Source: an uncultured bacterium (GTDB taxonomy: Bacteria; Krumholzibacteriota; Krumholzibacteriia; LZORAL124-64-63). Taken from it: DNA of 64,000 nucleotides. Each line of letters starts with the position of its first letter. Position 1 is the first letter of the stretch. Under the pieces are notes generated by a model that made no database searches, was not told the DNA's origin, and was given only the letters and a program-made list of their open reading frames with translations. The stretch is from the NCBI GenBank assembly GCA_963727525.1, contig CAVSGO010000007.1, forward strand, positions 192,001 through 256,000, given 5' to 3'. Positions 32,979 through 43,057 of the stretch are shown piece by piece. A program made the position numbers and the translations under genes.

Positions 32979-34286
32979 ATGTTCCGAACGCTCGCCATCG
33001 TCATCGCCGCCGCGCTCGTGAGCGGCCTGCTTCCCGGGTGCGCGCACGACACGCCGCCGCATGAGCGTCCCAACGTGGTGCTCATCGTGATGGATACGGT
33101 GCGCGCCGATCACCTGCCGTTCTACGGCTATGCGCGCAACACGGCACCGTTCCTGGCGACGCTCGCGAGCCGGGGGACGGTGTGCGTCGGCACGCAGTCG
33201 ACATCGTCGTGGACGGCGCCGGCCACGGCGTCGTTGCTCACGTCGCTGCATCCGTTGCAGCATGCCGTCACTTCGGGCATCCTGGCCCAGCAGGAGCGCC
33301 AGCGTATCGATCCCCACATCACCCTGACACGCCTGCCCGAGGCCGTGGAGACCGCCGCCGAGGTCTTCCAGGAGCAAGGCTACGAGACCTGCGGGATCAC
33401 GGACAATCTGAATATCTGCGAGGGCATGGGCTTCGCCCAGGGCTTCACCACCTTCGAGAACTCGTGCGACGACGGTTCGAGCGCGGTGAACGCGCGCGTG
33501 AAGAAGTGGGCCGGGGAGCGCGACGGGGCGCGGCCGTACTTCCTCTACATCCACTACATGGATCCGCACCGACCGTACGTCGGCCATGCGCCGTGGTACA
33601 AACCCCAGAGCAATGAGCGCGAGGACTACATCGCCCGCTACGACAGCGAGATCAACCAGGTCGACCGCGCGATCCGTGGGCTCTACGAGCGCCTCGGCTG
33701 GGATCACGACACCATCGTCGTCGTCACGGCCGACCATGGCGAGGAGTTCCTCGATCATGGGGGCTGGGAGCACGCGCGTACGCTGTATCACGAGGTCACC
33801 ACGGTGCCGCTGCTGATCTTCTCTCCCGACGGGGGCGTGCAGGCGCGGCGCATCACGCAGCCCACGAGCCTGCTGGACGTGCTGCCCACGTTGCGCGAAG
33901 CGGCGGGTTTGCCGCGTGGCGTGGGGGATCTCGGCGTGTCGTTGCTGGGGGCGGCACGCGGCGAGGACGATCTGCGGTCCGACCGTACACTCTGCCTCGA
34001 TCTGCAGTGCCCGGATCGTTTCGGCGCGAGCCGGCGCAAGGCCGTGATTCGCGAGCACGAGAAGTTGATCATCACGCGGCCTGATACGCTCGAGCTGTAC
34101 GACCTGGCCACCGACCCGGCCGAGACCGTCTCCGTGGCGGCCCTGCACCCCGAGGTCGTGGCCGACCTCGTTTCGCGGCTGCAGGCATTCGAGCGCGACT
34201 GTCCGAAATACGCCAGCGACGTGGTGGCGGACACGCTCGACGCGGCCACCGTGCAGCAGCTCAAGTCGCTCGGTTACGTGCGCTGA
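32979..34286 (+). CDS. Sulfatase/alkaline-phosphatase-superfamily lipoprotein
   Basis: Lipobox LLPGC, PNVVLIVMDTVRADH, WTAPATASLLT, HYMDPH, TADHGEEF, LYDL..DP and LKSLGY. Confidence 0.85.
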   Translation: MFRTLAIVIAAALVSGLLPGCAHDTPPHERPNVVLIVMDTVRADHLPFYGYARNTAPFLATLASRGTVCVGTQSTSSWTAPATASLLTSLHPLQHAVTSGILAQQERQRIDPHITLTRLPEAVETAAEVFQEQGYETCGITDNLNICEGMGFAQGFTTFENSCDDGSSAVNARVKKWAGERDGARPYFLYIHYMDPHRPYVGHAPWYKPQSNEREDYIARYDSEINQVDRAIRGLYERLGWDHDTIVVVTADHGEEFLDHGGWEHARTLYHEVTTVPLLIFSPDGGVQARRITQPTSLLDVLPTLREAAGLPRGVGDLGVSLLGAARGEDDLRSDRTLCLDLQCPDRFGASRRKAVIREHEKLIITRPDTLELYDLATDPAETVSVAALHPEVVADLVSRLQAFERDCPKYASDVVADTLDAATVQQLKSLGYVR

Positions 34287-34301
34287 TCGCCGTGCGCCAC
34301 G

Positions 34302-35147
34302 TCAGCGTGGCAAGCCCGCGAGAAAGGCCACGAAGTGCGAGGCAACGCGCCGCGCACCCTGGTCGTTGAGATGCCCGCCGTCCGACGAGATGGCCGGATC
34401 GAGGCAGGCCACGTCGTGACCGTCGACCCGGCAGACCGCGCCGCCCGACTCGATCGCAGCCAGGTCGAACAGCCGTCCTGAATCGCCGTAGCGTGCGCGC
34501 AGGATGTCGTTGAAGATCTGTCGACGCTCGTTCTCCGCGTAGCCGAGCGGCACCTTGCCGAGCAGCCGCTTGAGCGCGGCCCGGGGCCCCGCCTGCACGG
34601 TCGTCAGCGGCGACGTGACAGCCGCGAAGGTGGTGGACGGGAAGCGACGCGCAAGGTCGTCGAGCGTATCGCAGTAGACGGCGGCCGTCTCCCGCGGGTC
34701 GCGAGTCGTGGGAAAATCCACGTAGCACAGTTTCATGAGCGCCACGTCGATCCCAGCCTGTGCATTCTCGGCGACGACGCCGGCGAAATCAGCGCATTTC
34801 TCGAGCGGATTGCCGTTACGCCCGACCGCGAAGTGCGTGATACCCGGCGCGCCCGCCGGCGTGCGCGACTCGATGACGGGCACGTCGGCACCGGCGTCGG
34901 CGGCCAGGGCAGCCATTCCGGCCAGGATGTTGCGCCCGACGGACTGGTGCCCGAAGACGATGCGCCGGGATGCGACCGCCTGCCACTGGGCTGCGGTGAC
35001 CTGTTCCTCCGTGGTCATGGCGTTCTCCTGCTGCTGCGCGTCGCCGCAGGCCGCGATCGCGCCGATGATGGCGAGTGTCGCGACCAGGACCAGGTGGATC
35101 CGGGTGTCGGGCTTGCGGTGAGTACGGATCTTGCGAGGACCGGTCAT
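34302..35147 (-). CDS. Hypothetical lipoprotein, possibly SGNH-hydrolase-like
   Basis: Lipobox-like IAAC, FGHQSVG, KLCYVD and DGGHLN. Its start overlaps the VOC gene stop (ATGA). Confidence 0.6.
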   Translation of the reverse strand: MTGPRKIRTHRKPDTRIHLVLVATLAIIGAIAACGDAQQQENAMTTEEQVTAAQWQAVASRRIVFGHQSVGRNILAGMAALAADAGADVPVIESRTPAGAPGITHFAVGRNGNPLEKCADFAGVVAENAQAGIDVALMKLCYVDFPTTRDPRETAAVYCDTLDDLARRFPSTTFAAVTSPLTTVQAGPRAALKRLLGKVPLGYAENERRQIFNDILRARYGDSGRLFDLAAIESGGAVCRVDGHDVACLDPAISSDGGHLNDQGARRVASHFVAFLAGLPR

Positions 35148-35959
35148 GGGGCCTCCTCGGGATCCCCGCCCGTCGACGGTTGCGGCACGGCCTGGAACAC
35201 GGCGAACTCGGCATACTGCGGGTCGGCGAGGACGGCATAGCGACCGAAGCCGGGAATGTCGGTTGGCGGGCAGTACACGATGGCCTCGAGGTTCTCCGCC
35301 CGGGCGATGGACGTATTGATGTCGGCCACCGCGACGTACGGCAGCCAGTGCGCCGGGGTCTGGGCGGTGGCGCCCTCGGGGATCGATAGCATGCCGCATT
35401 CCATCCGGTCGCCCCGCAGGAAGATCCAGTACCGGCCCAGTCCCGGCATCTCGCTGACCTCGGTCCGCCAGTCGAAGAGGGCCTCGTAGAACGGGACACA
35501 CGCTTCCGGGTCGTCGGTGAGCAATTCGTGCCAGCAGAAGTAACCCGGTGGAATGGGCCGGGGCGATTCGGGTGCGAGGGGGCGAGTGCTCTCGAACGGG
35601 AGGATCACCGCGCCGCGCGGGTCCTTGACCACGGCGAATCGACCGATGTCCGGGATCCGCGTGGGACCGACGACGACCTGGCCGCCTGTGCGCGGCGCCG
35701 CGGCGATCGCCGCGTCGAGATCGTTCACCGTGACGTAGGCCATCCAGTGGGCGGCCGATCCGGCGGGCTTCGGCGCAACGAGTCCGCCTTGCAACACGGT
35801 GCCGACGCCGAACATCGGATAGGTGCCGAAATCGCCGAGATCCTGCTCGCGCCAGTTCCAGCCGCAGATGTCCCGGTAGAAACGCTGCGAGGCGAGCCGA
35901 TCGCGGGTGGCGAGTTCGAGCCAGTAGAATCGACCCTGAGAGGGCAGAGGTGGCGACAC
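35144..35959 (-). CDS. VOC/glyoxalase family protein with tandem domains
   Basis: Two repeats of FxWxEL.T...FY...W...W..YV.V.D...IP..GR.AV..DP. Confidence 0.88.
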   Translation of the reverse strand: MSPPLPSQGRFYWLELATRDRLASQRFYRDICGWNWREQDLGDFGTYPMFGVGTVLQGGLVAPKPAGSAAHWMAYVTVNDLDAAIAAAPRTGGQVVVGPTRIPDIGRFAVVKDPRGAVILPFESTRPLAPESPRPIPPGYFCWHELLTDDPEACVPFYEALFDWRTEVSEMPGLGRYWIFLRGDRMECGMLSIPEGATAQTPAHWLPYVAVADINTSIARAENLEAIVYCPPTDIPGFGRYAVLADPQYAEFAVFQAVPQPSTGGDPEEAP

Positions 35960-36064
35960 GGTGTTCCTCCAGACGGAGTCGCGTGACGCCAGCCGACGCC
36001 ACGTGTCGAACGATCACCGGAAAATCTAGTCGAGACGGGCCGGGATTGCGAATCCGGACCGTGC

Positions 36065-36092
36065 TTGACGCGGGCCGCCCTGACCCTACTCT
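36065..36092 (+). promoter_or_regulatory. Sigma-70-type promoter of xth
   Basis: TTGACG-N16-TACTCT. Confidence 0.5.
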
Positions 36093-36117
36093 GGCCGGAT
36101 GACCTGGGAGGTCCATC

Positions 36118-36870
36118 TTGCATCTCGTATCCTGGAACGTCAACGGCCTGCGGGCCTGCCTGCGCAAGGGCGGCGGCGAGTTCCTCGGGCAATGCGGCGC
36201 CGACGTGATCTGCTTGCAGGAGACACGCGCGCTGTCGGAGCAGGTCGCACTCGAATTACCGGGCTACCAGGCGCACTGGAATCCGGCCACGAAGCCCGGA
36301 TATTCGGGCGTCCTCACCCTCACCCACGACAAGCCGCTCGCCGTCACGCGAGGCCTGGGCCAGCGCGACCTCGACGGCGAGGGGCGTGTGGTGACCATCG
36401 AACTCCCCGAGATCTTCGTGGTGAACGTCTACACGCCGAACGCGCAGCGCGAGCTGGCGCGCCTCGACTATCGCACCCACACCTGGGACCCCGCTTTTCT
36501 CGCTCATTGCCGCAAGCTCGACCGGCGCAAGCCGGTCGTCTTCTGCGGTGACCTCAACGTCTCGCATCGCGAGATCGACCTCGCGAATCCCCGGGCGAAC
36601 CGGCGCAACGCCGGATTCACCGACGAGGAACGGGCCGGGTTCGACGCCATCCTAGGTGGCGGATTCCTCGACAGCTTTCGCGAATTCGAGCCCGGGGGCG
36701 GGCACTACACGTGGTGGAGCAACCGTCCCGGTGTGCGGGCGCGGAACGTGGGCTGGCGGATCGACTACGTCCTCGTGTCGCGCAAACTACGGCCGCGCCT
36801 CGTGGCCGCGAAGATCCATCCCGAGATCATGGGCTCCGATCACTGTCCGGTGTCCGTCACGCTGAGCTGA
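36118..36870 (+). CDS. xth: Exodeoxyribonuclease III (AP endonuclease)
   Basis: Motifs SWNVNGLRA, CLQET, GYSGV, CGDLNVSH, YTWWS, GWRIDY and GSDHCPV. TTG start with GGAGG RBS. Confidence 0.95.
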   Translation: MHLVSWNVNGLRACLRKGGGEFLGQCGADVICLQETRALSEQVALELPGYQAHWNPATKPGYSGVLTLTHDKPLAVTRGLGQRDLDGEGRVVTIELPEIFVVNVYTPNAQRELARLDYRTHTWDPAFLAHCRKLDRRKPVVFCGDLNVSHREIDLANPRANRRNAGFTDEERAGFDAILGGGFLDSFREFEPGGGHYTWWSNRPGVRARNVGWRIDYVLVSRKLRPRLVAAKIHPEIMGSDHCPVSVTLS

Positions 36871-36908
36871 ACTTGACCCCGGCGTCGGGGCAGGGCAGAT
36901 TGAGGGCC

Positions 36909-38780
36909 GTGAGTACTTATCTACGCATGCTCCGCTGGATCCGGCCGTACCTGCCGCAGGTGGTGGCGTCGATCGCCTTCACGGTGTTCTTCTCGGTGCT
37001 ATCGGTCGTGAGCATCGGGATGCTGCAGCCTTTCCTGAAGACCATCTTCGCCACGCCGCAGACCGAGGCGGCGTTGACGGCGCCCTCGCCGCTGGACGTG
37101 ACCGGCGGCCTGGCTCGCCTGCCCGCCCTCGCGCGCGTGAAGTCGAAGGTCGAACGACTGCGCGCGAAGGTCGACGCGTCCTTGCTGAAAGGTAGCAAGA
37201 CCGACGCCCTCTGGCGCATCGTCTGGGTGTTCTTCTTTCTCTATCTGGCCAAGAACATCGCCGGTTACGCCAGCAACCTGCTCATGACCTACATCGGTCA
37301 GCGCGTCATCAAGGACATGCGCGATGCTCTCTTCGACCGCTACACACGCTTGCCGCTCGGCTTCTACCACCGACACCGCGCGGGCGAGCTGATCAGCCGG
37401 GCCACGAACGACGTGCAGATCGCGCAGATGTGCATCAACGTGAGCTTCACGAACCTGGTGCGCGATCCTGTGCTGATCGTCGCCAACCTCGGGATCTGTC
37501 TGGTCATCAGCTGGCACATGACGCTCGTGGCGCTCATCGTGCTGCCGGTATCGATGACCGTGATCGTGCAGATCGGCAAGCGATTGCGCCGCTACAGCCA
37601 TCGCCAGCAGGAGCGGCTGGCCAGCCTGACGAGCGTGCTGCAGGAGGCGGTGTACGGCATCCGCGTGGTCAAGGCTTTCGCAATGGAAGGGTTCGAGAAG
37701 CGCAAATTCCTGCATGAGAGCGAGAGCCTGTTCCGCCAGCTCTACAAGATCGCGCGCATGCAGCGGCTCAGTTCCCCACTGTCGGAGCAGCTCGCGGTCA
37801 TGGTGGGGGCGTTCATTCTCTGGTATGGCGGCAACCAGGTGCTGGCCTCGGGGCAGCTCTCGCCCGATCTGTTCATCACGTTTCTGGCGTTCCTGTTCCT
37901 GACGATGCAGCCGATCAAGGAGCTGAGCCAGGTCAACAACGCGATCCAGGAGGGGATGGCCGCGGCGGAACGCATCTTCGTCGTGCTCGACCAGCCGCCC
38001 GAGATCGGACCGGAGGATCCCCGGCCAGCGTTGTCGGCGGTGGCCGGCAGCGTGGAGTTCCAGCACGTGACGTTCGGCTACGATCCGCAAACCCCGGTGT
38101 TGCGCGACATTTGCCTCGGTGTGCAGCCCGGTCAGATCGTGGCCCTGGTGGGCGGCAGCGGAGCGGGCAAGTCGACGCTGGTCGACCTCATCCCGCGCTT
38201 CTACGATCCCCAGCAGGGGCGCATCCTCGTCGACGGACACGACATCCGCGACGTCTCGCTGGCCTCGCTACGCCGTGCGATGGGCATCGTGACGCAGGAA
38301 GTGATCCTGTTCAACGATACGGTGCGTGCCAACATCGCCTACGGGCTGGATTCCATCGACCAGGCCGCCATCGAGGCCGCGGCCCGCGCGGCCAATGCCC
38401 AGGAGTTCATTTCGCAGATGCCCCAGGGCTATGACACGCCCATCGGCGATCGCGGCACGAAACTCTCCGGCGGCCAGCGTCAGCGCATCTCCATCGCGCG
38501 CGCCATCCTCAAGAACCCGCCCATCCTGATCCTGGACGAGGCGACGAGCGCCCTGGACACCGAGAGCGAGAAGCTCGTCCAGGAAGCCATCGATCGGCTC
38601 GTCAGGGACCGTACCACCATCGTCATCGCGCACCGCCTCTCCACGATCCAGAACGCCGACCGGATCTTCGCGCTGAAGGACGGGCGCCTCGTCGAGTCCG
38701 GCACCCACGCCGAACTGCTCGCACGAGGCGGCGTCTACGCGGAGCTGCACAACCTGCAGTTTCGACGCCAGGAGCACTAG
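36909..38780 (+). CDS. msbA: MsbA-like lipid A ABC exporter (permease plus ATPase)
   Basis: Six-TM membrane domain, Walker A GGSGAGKST, LSGGQRQR and ILDEATSALD. The start is approximate. Confidence 0.85.
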   Translation: MSTYLRMLRWIRPYLPQVVASIAFTVFFSVLSVVSIGMLQPFLKTIFATPQTEAALTAPSPLDVTGGLARLPALARVKSKVERLRAKVDASLLKGSKTDALWRIVWVFFFLYLAKNIAGYASNLLMTYIGQRVIKDMRDALFDRYTRLPLGFYHRHRAGELISRATNDVQIAQMCINVSFTNLVRDPVLIVANLGICLVISWHMTLVALIVLPVSMTVIVQIGKRLRRYSHRQQERLASLTSVLQEAVYGIRVVKAFAMEGFEKRKFLHESESLFRQLYKIARMQRLSSPLSEQLAVMVGAFILWYGGNQVLASGQLSPDLFITFLAFLFLTMQPIKELSQVNNAIQEGMAAAERIFVVLDQPPEIGPEDPRPALSAVAGSVEFQHVTFGYDPQTPVLRDICLGVQPGQIVALVGGSGAGKSTLVDLIPRFYDPQQGRILVDGHDIRDVSLASLRRAMGIVTQEVILFNDTVRANIAYGLDSIDQAAIEAAARAANAQEFISQMPQGYDTPIGDRGTKLSGGQRQRISIARAILKNPPILILDEATSALDTESEKLVQEAIDRLVRDRTTIVIAHRLSTIQNADRIFALKDGRLVESGTHAELLARGGVYAELHNLQFRRQEH

Positions 38781-38782
38781 GC

Positions 38783-39937
38783 GTGGTCGTCGCGGATACG
38801 GCCTGTCCCGGGCGCCTGCTCGTGACCAACACGAGCCGCAGCTGGGGCGGCAACGAGTACTGGGCGGTTCAGCTGGCCGCCGGCCTCGCGCGGCGCGGCC
38901 ACGATGTGCTGTTCGTGTGGGGATATTCCGTGGTCGGCGAGCGCGTGCAAGCCGCCGGACTGGCCGGACGGAACGTGCGGCTGCGCGGCGACGGCGACGT
39001 GCTCGGTATGGCGGCGCTGGCCGGCGCCATGAGCCGCTTCCGCCCCGACGCGGTGCTGCTGACGAAATGGCGGGAGTACCTTCTGGGAGGCCTCGCCGCG
39101 CGCGCGCGGCCGGGCCGGCGTCCCCGCGTGGTCACGAACATCAGCCTGGCGCAGTCGTCGCGGCCGGATGCCAAGCGCCGCCTCATCATGGGCCTGGCCG
39201 ACCGGATCCTGGTCAACGCCGACGAGGTGCGCGACAGCCTCGTCGCGACCGGCTGGGTCGCGGCGGACAAGATCACCGTCGTCGTCAACGGCCTGGATGT
39301 CGCGTCACGACGTCCGCGCTGGCATCCCGACGCGCTGGCGGCCGGGCAGGCGCTGCGGCGCGCCCTCGGCATCCCCGCGGGAGCCCCGCTGCTCGTGAAC
39401 GTGGCCAACCTCACGCCGCAGAAGGACCAGGCCACACTCTTGCGCGCGGCGGCGCGTCTGCGCGCCCGCTGGCCTCAGCTTCGGGTGCTCATCCTGGGCG
39501 AGGGCATGCTGCGCGGGGAGCTGACGGCGCTCGTGACGCGCCTCGCCCTGACCGACTGCGTGCTCATGCCCGGCTTCGTGTCCGACGTATGGCCTGCCCT
39601 CGCGGCGGCGGATCTCTGCGTCCTGTCCTCGAATAACGAGGGGATGCCCTGGTCGCTGATCGAGGCCGATACCGCGGGACTGCCGGCGGTGGCGACGGAC
39701 GTACCCGGCGCACGGACGTGCGTCGAGGACGGGCAGAGCGGCTGCATCGTGCCGGTAGGCGATGACGCGGCCGTGGCGGACGCCGTCGCTGTGCTCCTCG
39801 CCGATGCACCCCGCCGCGAGGCCATGGGGCATGCCGCCCGGCGGCTCGCCGAAGCCAGGTTCACCGAGGCCCGCATGCTCGACGAGACCGCGCGCGTGCT
39901 CTTCGGCCCGATCGCCCCCGAAAACCAGGCTCAATAA
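38783..39937 (+). CDS. Glycosyltransferase family 4
   Basis: Motifs WGGNE, VVNG, QKDQ and SSNNEGMPWSLIEA..G.PAVATDV. Confidence 0.88.
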   Translation: MVVADTACPGRLLVTNTSRSWGGNEYWAVQLAAGLARRGHDVLFVWGYSVVGERVQAAGLAGRNVRLRGDGDVLGMAALAGAMSRFRPDAVLLTKWREYLLGGLAARARPGRRPRVVTNISLAQSSRPDAKRRLIMGLADRILVNADEVRDSLVATGWVAADKITVVVNGLDVASRRPRWHPDALAAGQALRRALGIPAGAPLLVNVANLTPQKDQATLLRAAARLRARWPQLRVLILGEGMLRGELTALVTRLALTDCVLMPGFVSDVWPALAAADLCVLSSNNEGMPWSLIEADTAGLPAVATDVPGARTCVEDGQSGCIVPVGDDAAVADAVAVLLADAPRREAMGHAARRLAEARFTEARMLDETARVLFGPIAPENQAQ

Positions 39938-40059
39938 GATCCCTATCGTGCCGATAGGAGCGGAGAACCGATCGGTCCTGCGGGACCGGGGTCCCGCGAC
40001 CCCTGGACGCCACGTCCCGGGTCTCCGTATCCTGGGTCTCTTCGCCCAGCGAGGTTGCC

Positions 40060-42978
40060 ATGCCGACCTGTGAACAGCTGCTATTCGGCAACCGACCCGA
40101 CGCCGAGCCAGGCCGCGATGTCCTGGGATGTTCACCGGGCATGGAGACCGAGTGTGCCCGCGAGGTCGTGCATCTGTGCGAGGGCTGGGGCGCAGGGCCT
40201 CCCGAGGGTTTGCGGCGCGCCGTGCTGATGTCGGCGCCGTTGAAAGCGCACCTGTCGGGTCTGCCGGGCCGACTCTTCGCCGTCGTCCGCATCGCGTGCG
40301 GTTTGCGGCCGCTCTACCACGCGTTCGTGATGACGGAGGGGGCGTTCGCGGAATTTGCACGCAATCCGTACGCCGTCGCAAGCACGGGCGTGTTCATGGA
40401 TTCCTTCAAGCCGGGGCCCCTGCTCAGCCGCGTCGTCATCGAACCGCCGCAGCCCTGCAGTCTGCCGACACCTGTCCCTGGCGACGTCGGTTTCGTCGAC
40501 GAGGGGCTGCGCACGGCGATCGCCAACCAGCAGCTCCACCTGCCGCTGGAGTTTCCGACCGAGGAGAGCGATCGCTACCTGTCGCTCCTGATCGCCGCGC
40601 TGCCGAAGCTCATGCGCCGCGACCTGCGCTTCGTCTCCTGGGCGCCGGTGGGACGCAACACGTATACGCTGGCCGCCACCCAGCTCGAGGCCGCGCTCTT
40701 TCGTGGCTGGAAACCGTATCTGATGTCGAGCGCCGTGGGAACGCTGCACGAATCTGCGCAGCGCTATGTCGACAACGTGCGGCTTCGCCTCGGCGACGGC
40801 GATTTCGTGGCGCTGCTGGACGGAGCCGATCGCGCCGTCATCGAGCTCGGCGTGAAGCCGGAGAATCCGGCGCTCAAGGCCAAGAACACATTCGCGGCCA
40901 TGGCCATCGCCGACGCGCGCCCGAAGGACGGCCCGCGGCCGAGGCAGCGTGGACGCCTGCTGCCGCCGACCACGCGTCCGGTCTCGGAGGCCATGCCGTC
41001 GGCCCGCCGCCCGGGACCACGACCGGCCGCGCGTTACCGGCCGCCGCGGCGGGCCTCGCTCTCCTGGACGCGTCGAGCCCTCGCGGGTCTACTCGTTCTC
41101 GGCATCGTCGGCACCGGCGGCTACCAGCTCTGGTGCTACGGCCTGTGGGGGCGCCTGCCCGGCGTCCGCATCAGCGCGAGCGTGAGTCTGCACACGAATC
41201 CCAGCAATGGCGTCCTCGACGTGGGGCGGATGCACGACGACGCGTTGCGCCAGTGGGGCGGGGCCGCGCTCGGTGACCATGACCCCGGCGATCACGTGCT
41301 CCGTTTCTCTCAGGAAGCCGTGCAGCAAGCCCAGCTACTCCTCGACGCGCAGGGCGAGGCCTATGTCGAGCAGGTCGGTGCCACGCTGGCCAGCGGCGGT
41401 CGCGGCGACATCCACGCCGCCGGCGAGGCGCTGCCCGCCGGCAAGCTCGTGACCAAGGGCACGGCGCTCACCCGCGAGCTGCGCCGGCTCGCTCTCGCAA
41501 GGGTGTCCCTGCTCGACGGTGCGCACTGGCGCGACCTGTCTCGCCTCGACGCGCGCGACCTGGCCGCGCGCTACGATTCGGTGGCCCACGCGCGGGCCGG
41601 CGGCCAGCCGGACGCCTTCTGGACCTCCGTGGACGACCGGCTCCACGGCGTCGACCGTGCGTGCCGGCACGTGGCGGCGCTGGATCGTGTCCAGACATTG
41701 CTCGCGGAATCCCACTGGCGTGACCGCTGGCCCGACGATGTGGAACAGGCCTCTCGCAACCTCGCGACCGCCCAGGGCGCCGGAGCGCGAGCCTGGCTGG
41801 AGGCTGCCCATGCGCTCGTGGGCACCAAGCGTGCCGAACGGAGCATCGGCGTCGCCGAGGCTGCCCTGTCCGTCGACGATCCCACGGTCGTCTGGCATGG
41901 CGGACCGATCGCCGTCCTCTTACCCGAACTGCGCCGTGCCCTGGGCGGATTCCCGGACGGCGGGCCGCCGCCCCTGTTGCGCGATACGACCCGCTTCTAC
42001 GACGATCTGGCCGCCGGATGGGATGCGCTCGACACGGCGGCTCCCGATCAACTGGCCGCGACGATCCGCACGCTTCGCCAGAATCCCGTGCTCGCATACG
42101 ATCCGCAGACCTATGACGATCACGTGGCGCGACTCGGTGTGGCGATGGTCGCCAGCTTGCGCACCCGCGGGATGCCGGTCGAATCCATGCCCGAGTCGCT
42201 GTTTCCTCAGGGTCAGCGGCAGGAAACCGTGTTTTTCCTCGCGGCGGTCGCTGAGGGACGGCGTAGCGACGGCTGGCGCGACCTGGCTCAGCAGTGTCAG
42301 GTCCCCTTCTTCGTCCGCTGGGCCGAGGGGCTTTCCCAGCGCGCGGCGGCCACGCGCCAGGCCCGCGACGACGCCTTCGATGCGGGCTACCAGCAGCTCC
42401 AGGATGCGTACGGAGCGCTGACGACCACGGTACTGAGCGGCAGCGATCCCTTGCCGGCCGCGCACGCTCTCGCGCAGCGAGCGGCCGACCTCCTGCGCGA
42501 CACGCCGGGCGGTTTCAGCGACGATCCGCTCCACCGCGAACGCTGGTTGCGCGTGCAGTTGCTCCACAGCACGTTGACGACGCCCCTGCCCCTGGATCTG
42601 GCGACCGTCACAGTACGCCGCGATCAGGCGGCATCGAGCGCGCCGGATTCGGTCGTCGTCGAGATCACGATGCCGGGCTGCGTGCCGCTCACCTCCGCGC
42701 CATGCGTGCTTGGGCCGTCGGCGCCGGCCGGAACCGGTTGGGTCGGAACCGCGCAAGCGCCCTGGCGTCTGCGGCCTGCACCCGGCGACCGGATCCAGCT
42801 CCGTGTGCTGAGCGCGGCCGACGGTGCCGAGGTCTGCCATGTCGCATACGCGCCCTGGCTCGACGAAGGCAGCGAGAAGGATCTGCAGCGCCCGCGTAGC
42901 GTCTCCGGAGGCAGCGTGGCCATACGACTCGAGACGGACTACTGGGCGTCGCTCCTGGACCTCGATCTCTCGAACTGA
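40060..42978 (+). CDS. Large hypothetical single-pass membrane protein with GAP1-N-like N-terminal domain
   Basis: 972 aa. N-terminus EQLLFG...VLGCSPG...YHAFVM...NPY, then a Pro/Arg linker, one TM and a large helical C-region. GAGG RBS. The domain call is by eye. Confidence 0.65.
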   Translation: MPTCEQLLFGNRPDAEPGRDVLGCSPGMETECAREVVHLCEGWGAGPPEGLRRAVLMSAPLKAHLSGLPGRLFAVVRIACGLRPLYHAFVMTEGAFAEFARNPYAVASTGVFMDSFKPGPLLSRVVIEPPQPCSLPTPVPGDVGFVDEGLRTAIANQQLHLPLEFPTEESDRYLSLLIAALPKLMRRDLRFVSWAPVGRNTYTLAATQLEAALFRGWKPYLMSSAVGTLHESAQRYVDNVRLRLGDGDFVALLDGADRAVIELGVKPENPALKAKNTFAAMAIADARPKDGPRPRQRGRLLPPTTRPVSEAMPSARRPGPRPAARYRPPRRASLSWTRRALAGLLVLGIVGTGGYQLWCYGLWGRLPGVRISASVSLHTNPSNGVLDVGRMHDDALRQWGGAALGDHDPGDHVLRFSQEAVQQAQLLLDAQGEAYVEQVGATLASGGRGDIHAAGEALPAGKLVTKGTALTRELRRLALARVSLLDGAHWRDLSRLDARDLAARYDSVAHARAGGQPDAFWTSVDDRLHGVDRACRHVAALDRVQTLLAESHWRDRWPDDVEQASRNLATAQGAGARAWLEAAHALVGTKRAERSIGVAEAALSVDDPTVVWHGGPIAVLLPELRRALGGFPDGGPPPLLRDTTRFYDDLAAGWDALDTAAPDQLAATIRTLRQNPVLAYDPQTYDDHVARLGVAMVASLRTRGMPVESMPESLFPQGQRQETVFFLAAVAEGRRSDGWRDLAQQCQVPFFVRWAEGLSQRAAATRQARDDAFDAGYQQLQDAYGALTTTVLSGSDPLPAAHALAQRAADLLRDTPGGFSDDPLHRERWLRVQLLHSTLTTPLPLDLATVTVRRDQAASSAPDSVVVEITMPGCVPLTSAPCVLGPSAPAGTGWVGTAQAPWRLRPAPGDRIQLRVLSAADGAEVCHVAYAPWLDEGSEKDLQRPRSVSGGSVAIRLETDYWASLLDLDLSN

Positions 42979-43057
42979 ACATCAGCGTTCACGCAACCTA
43001 TCCCGTGGTGCGGCGTACGATCCCGGATCGACGTCACTTGCACCAGGGAGGCCCAGC

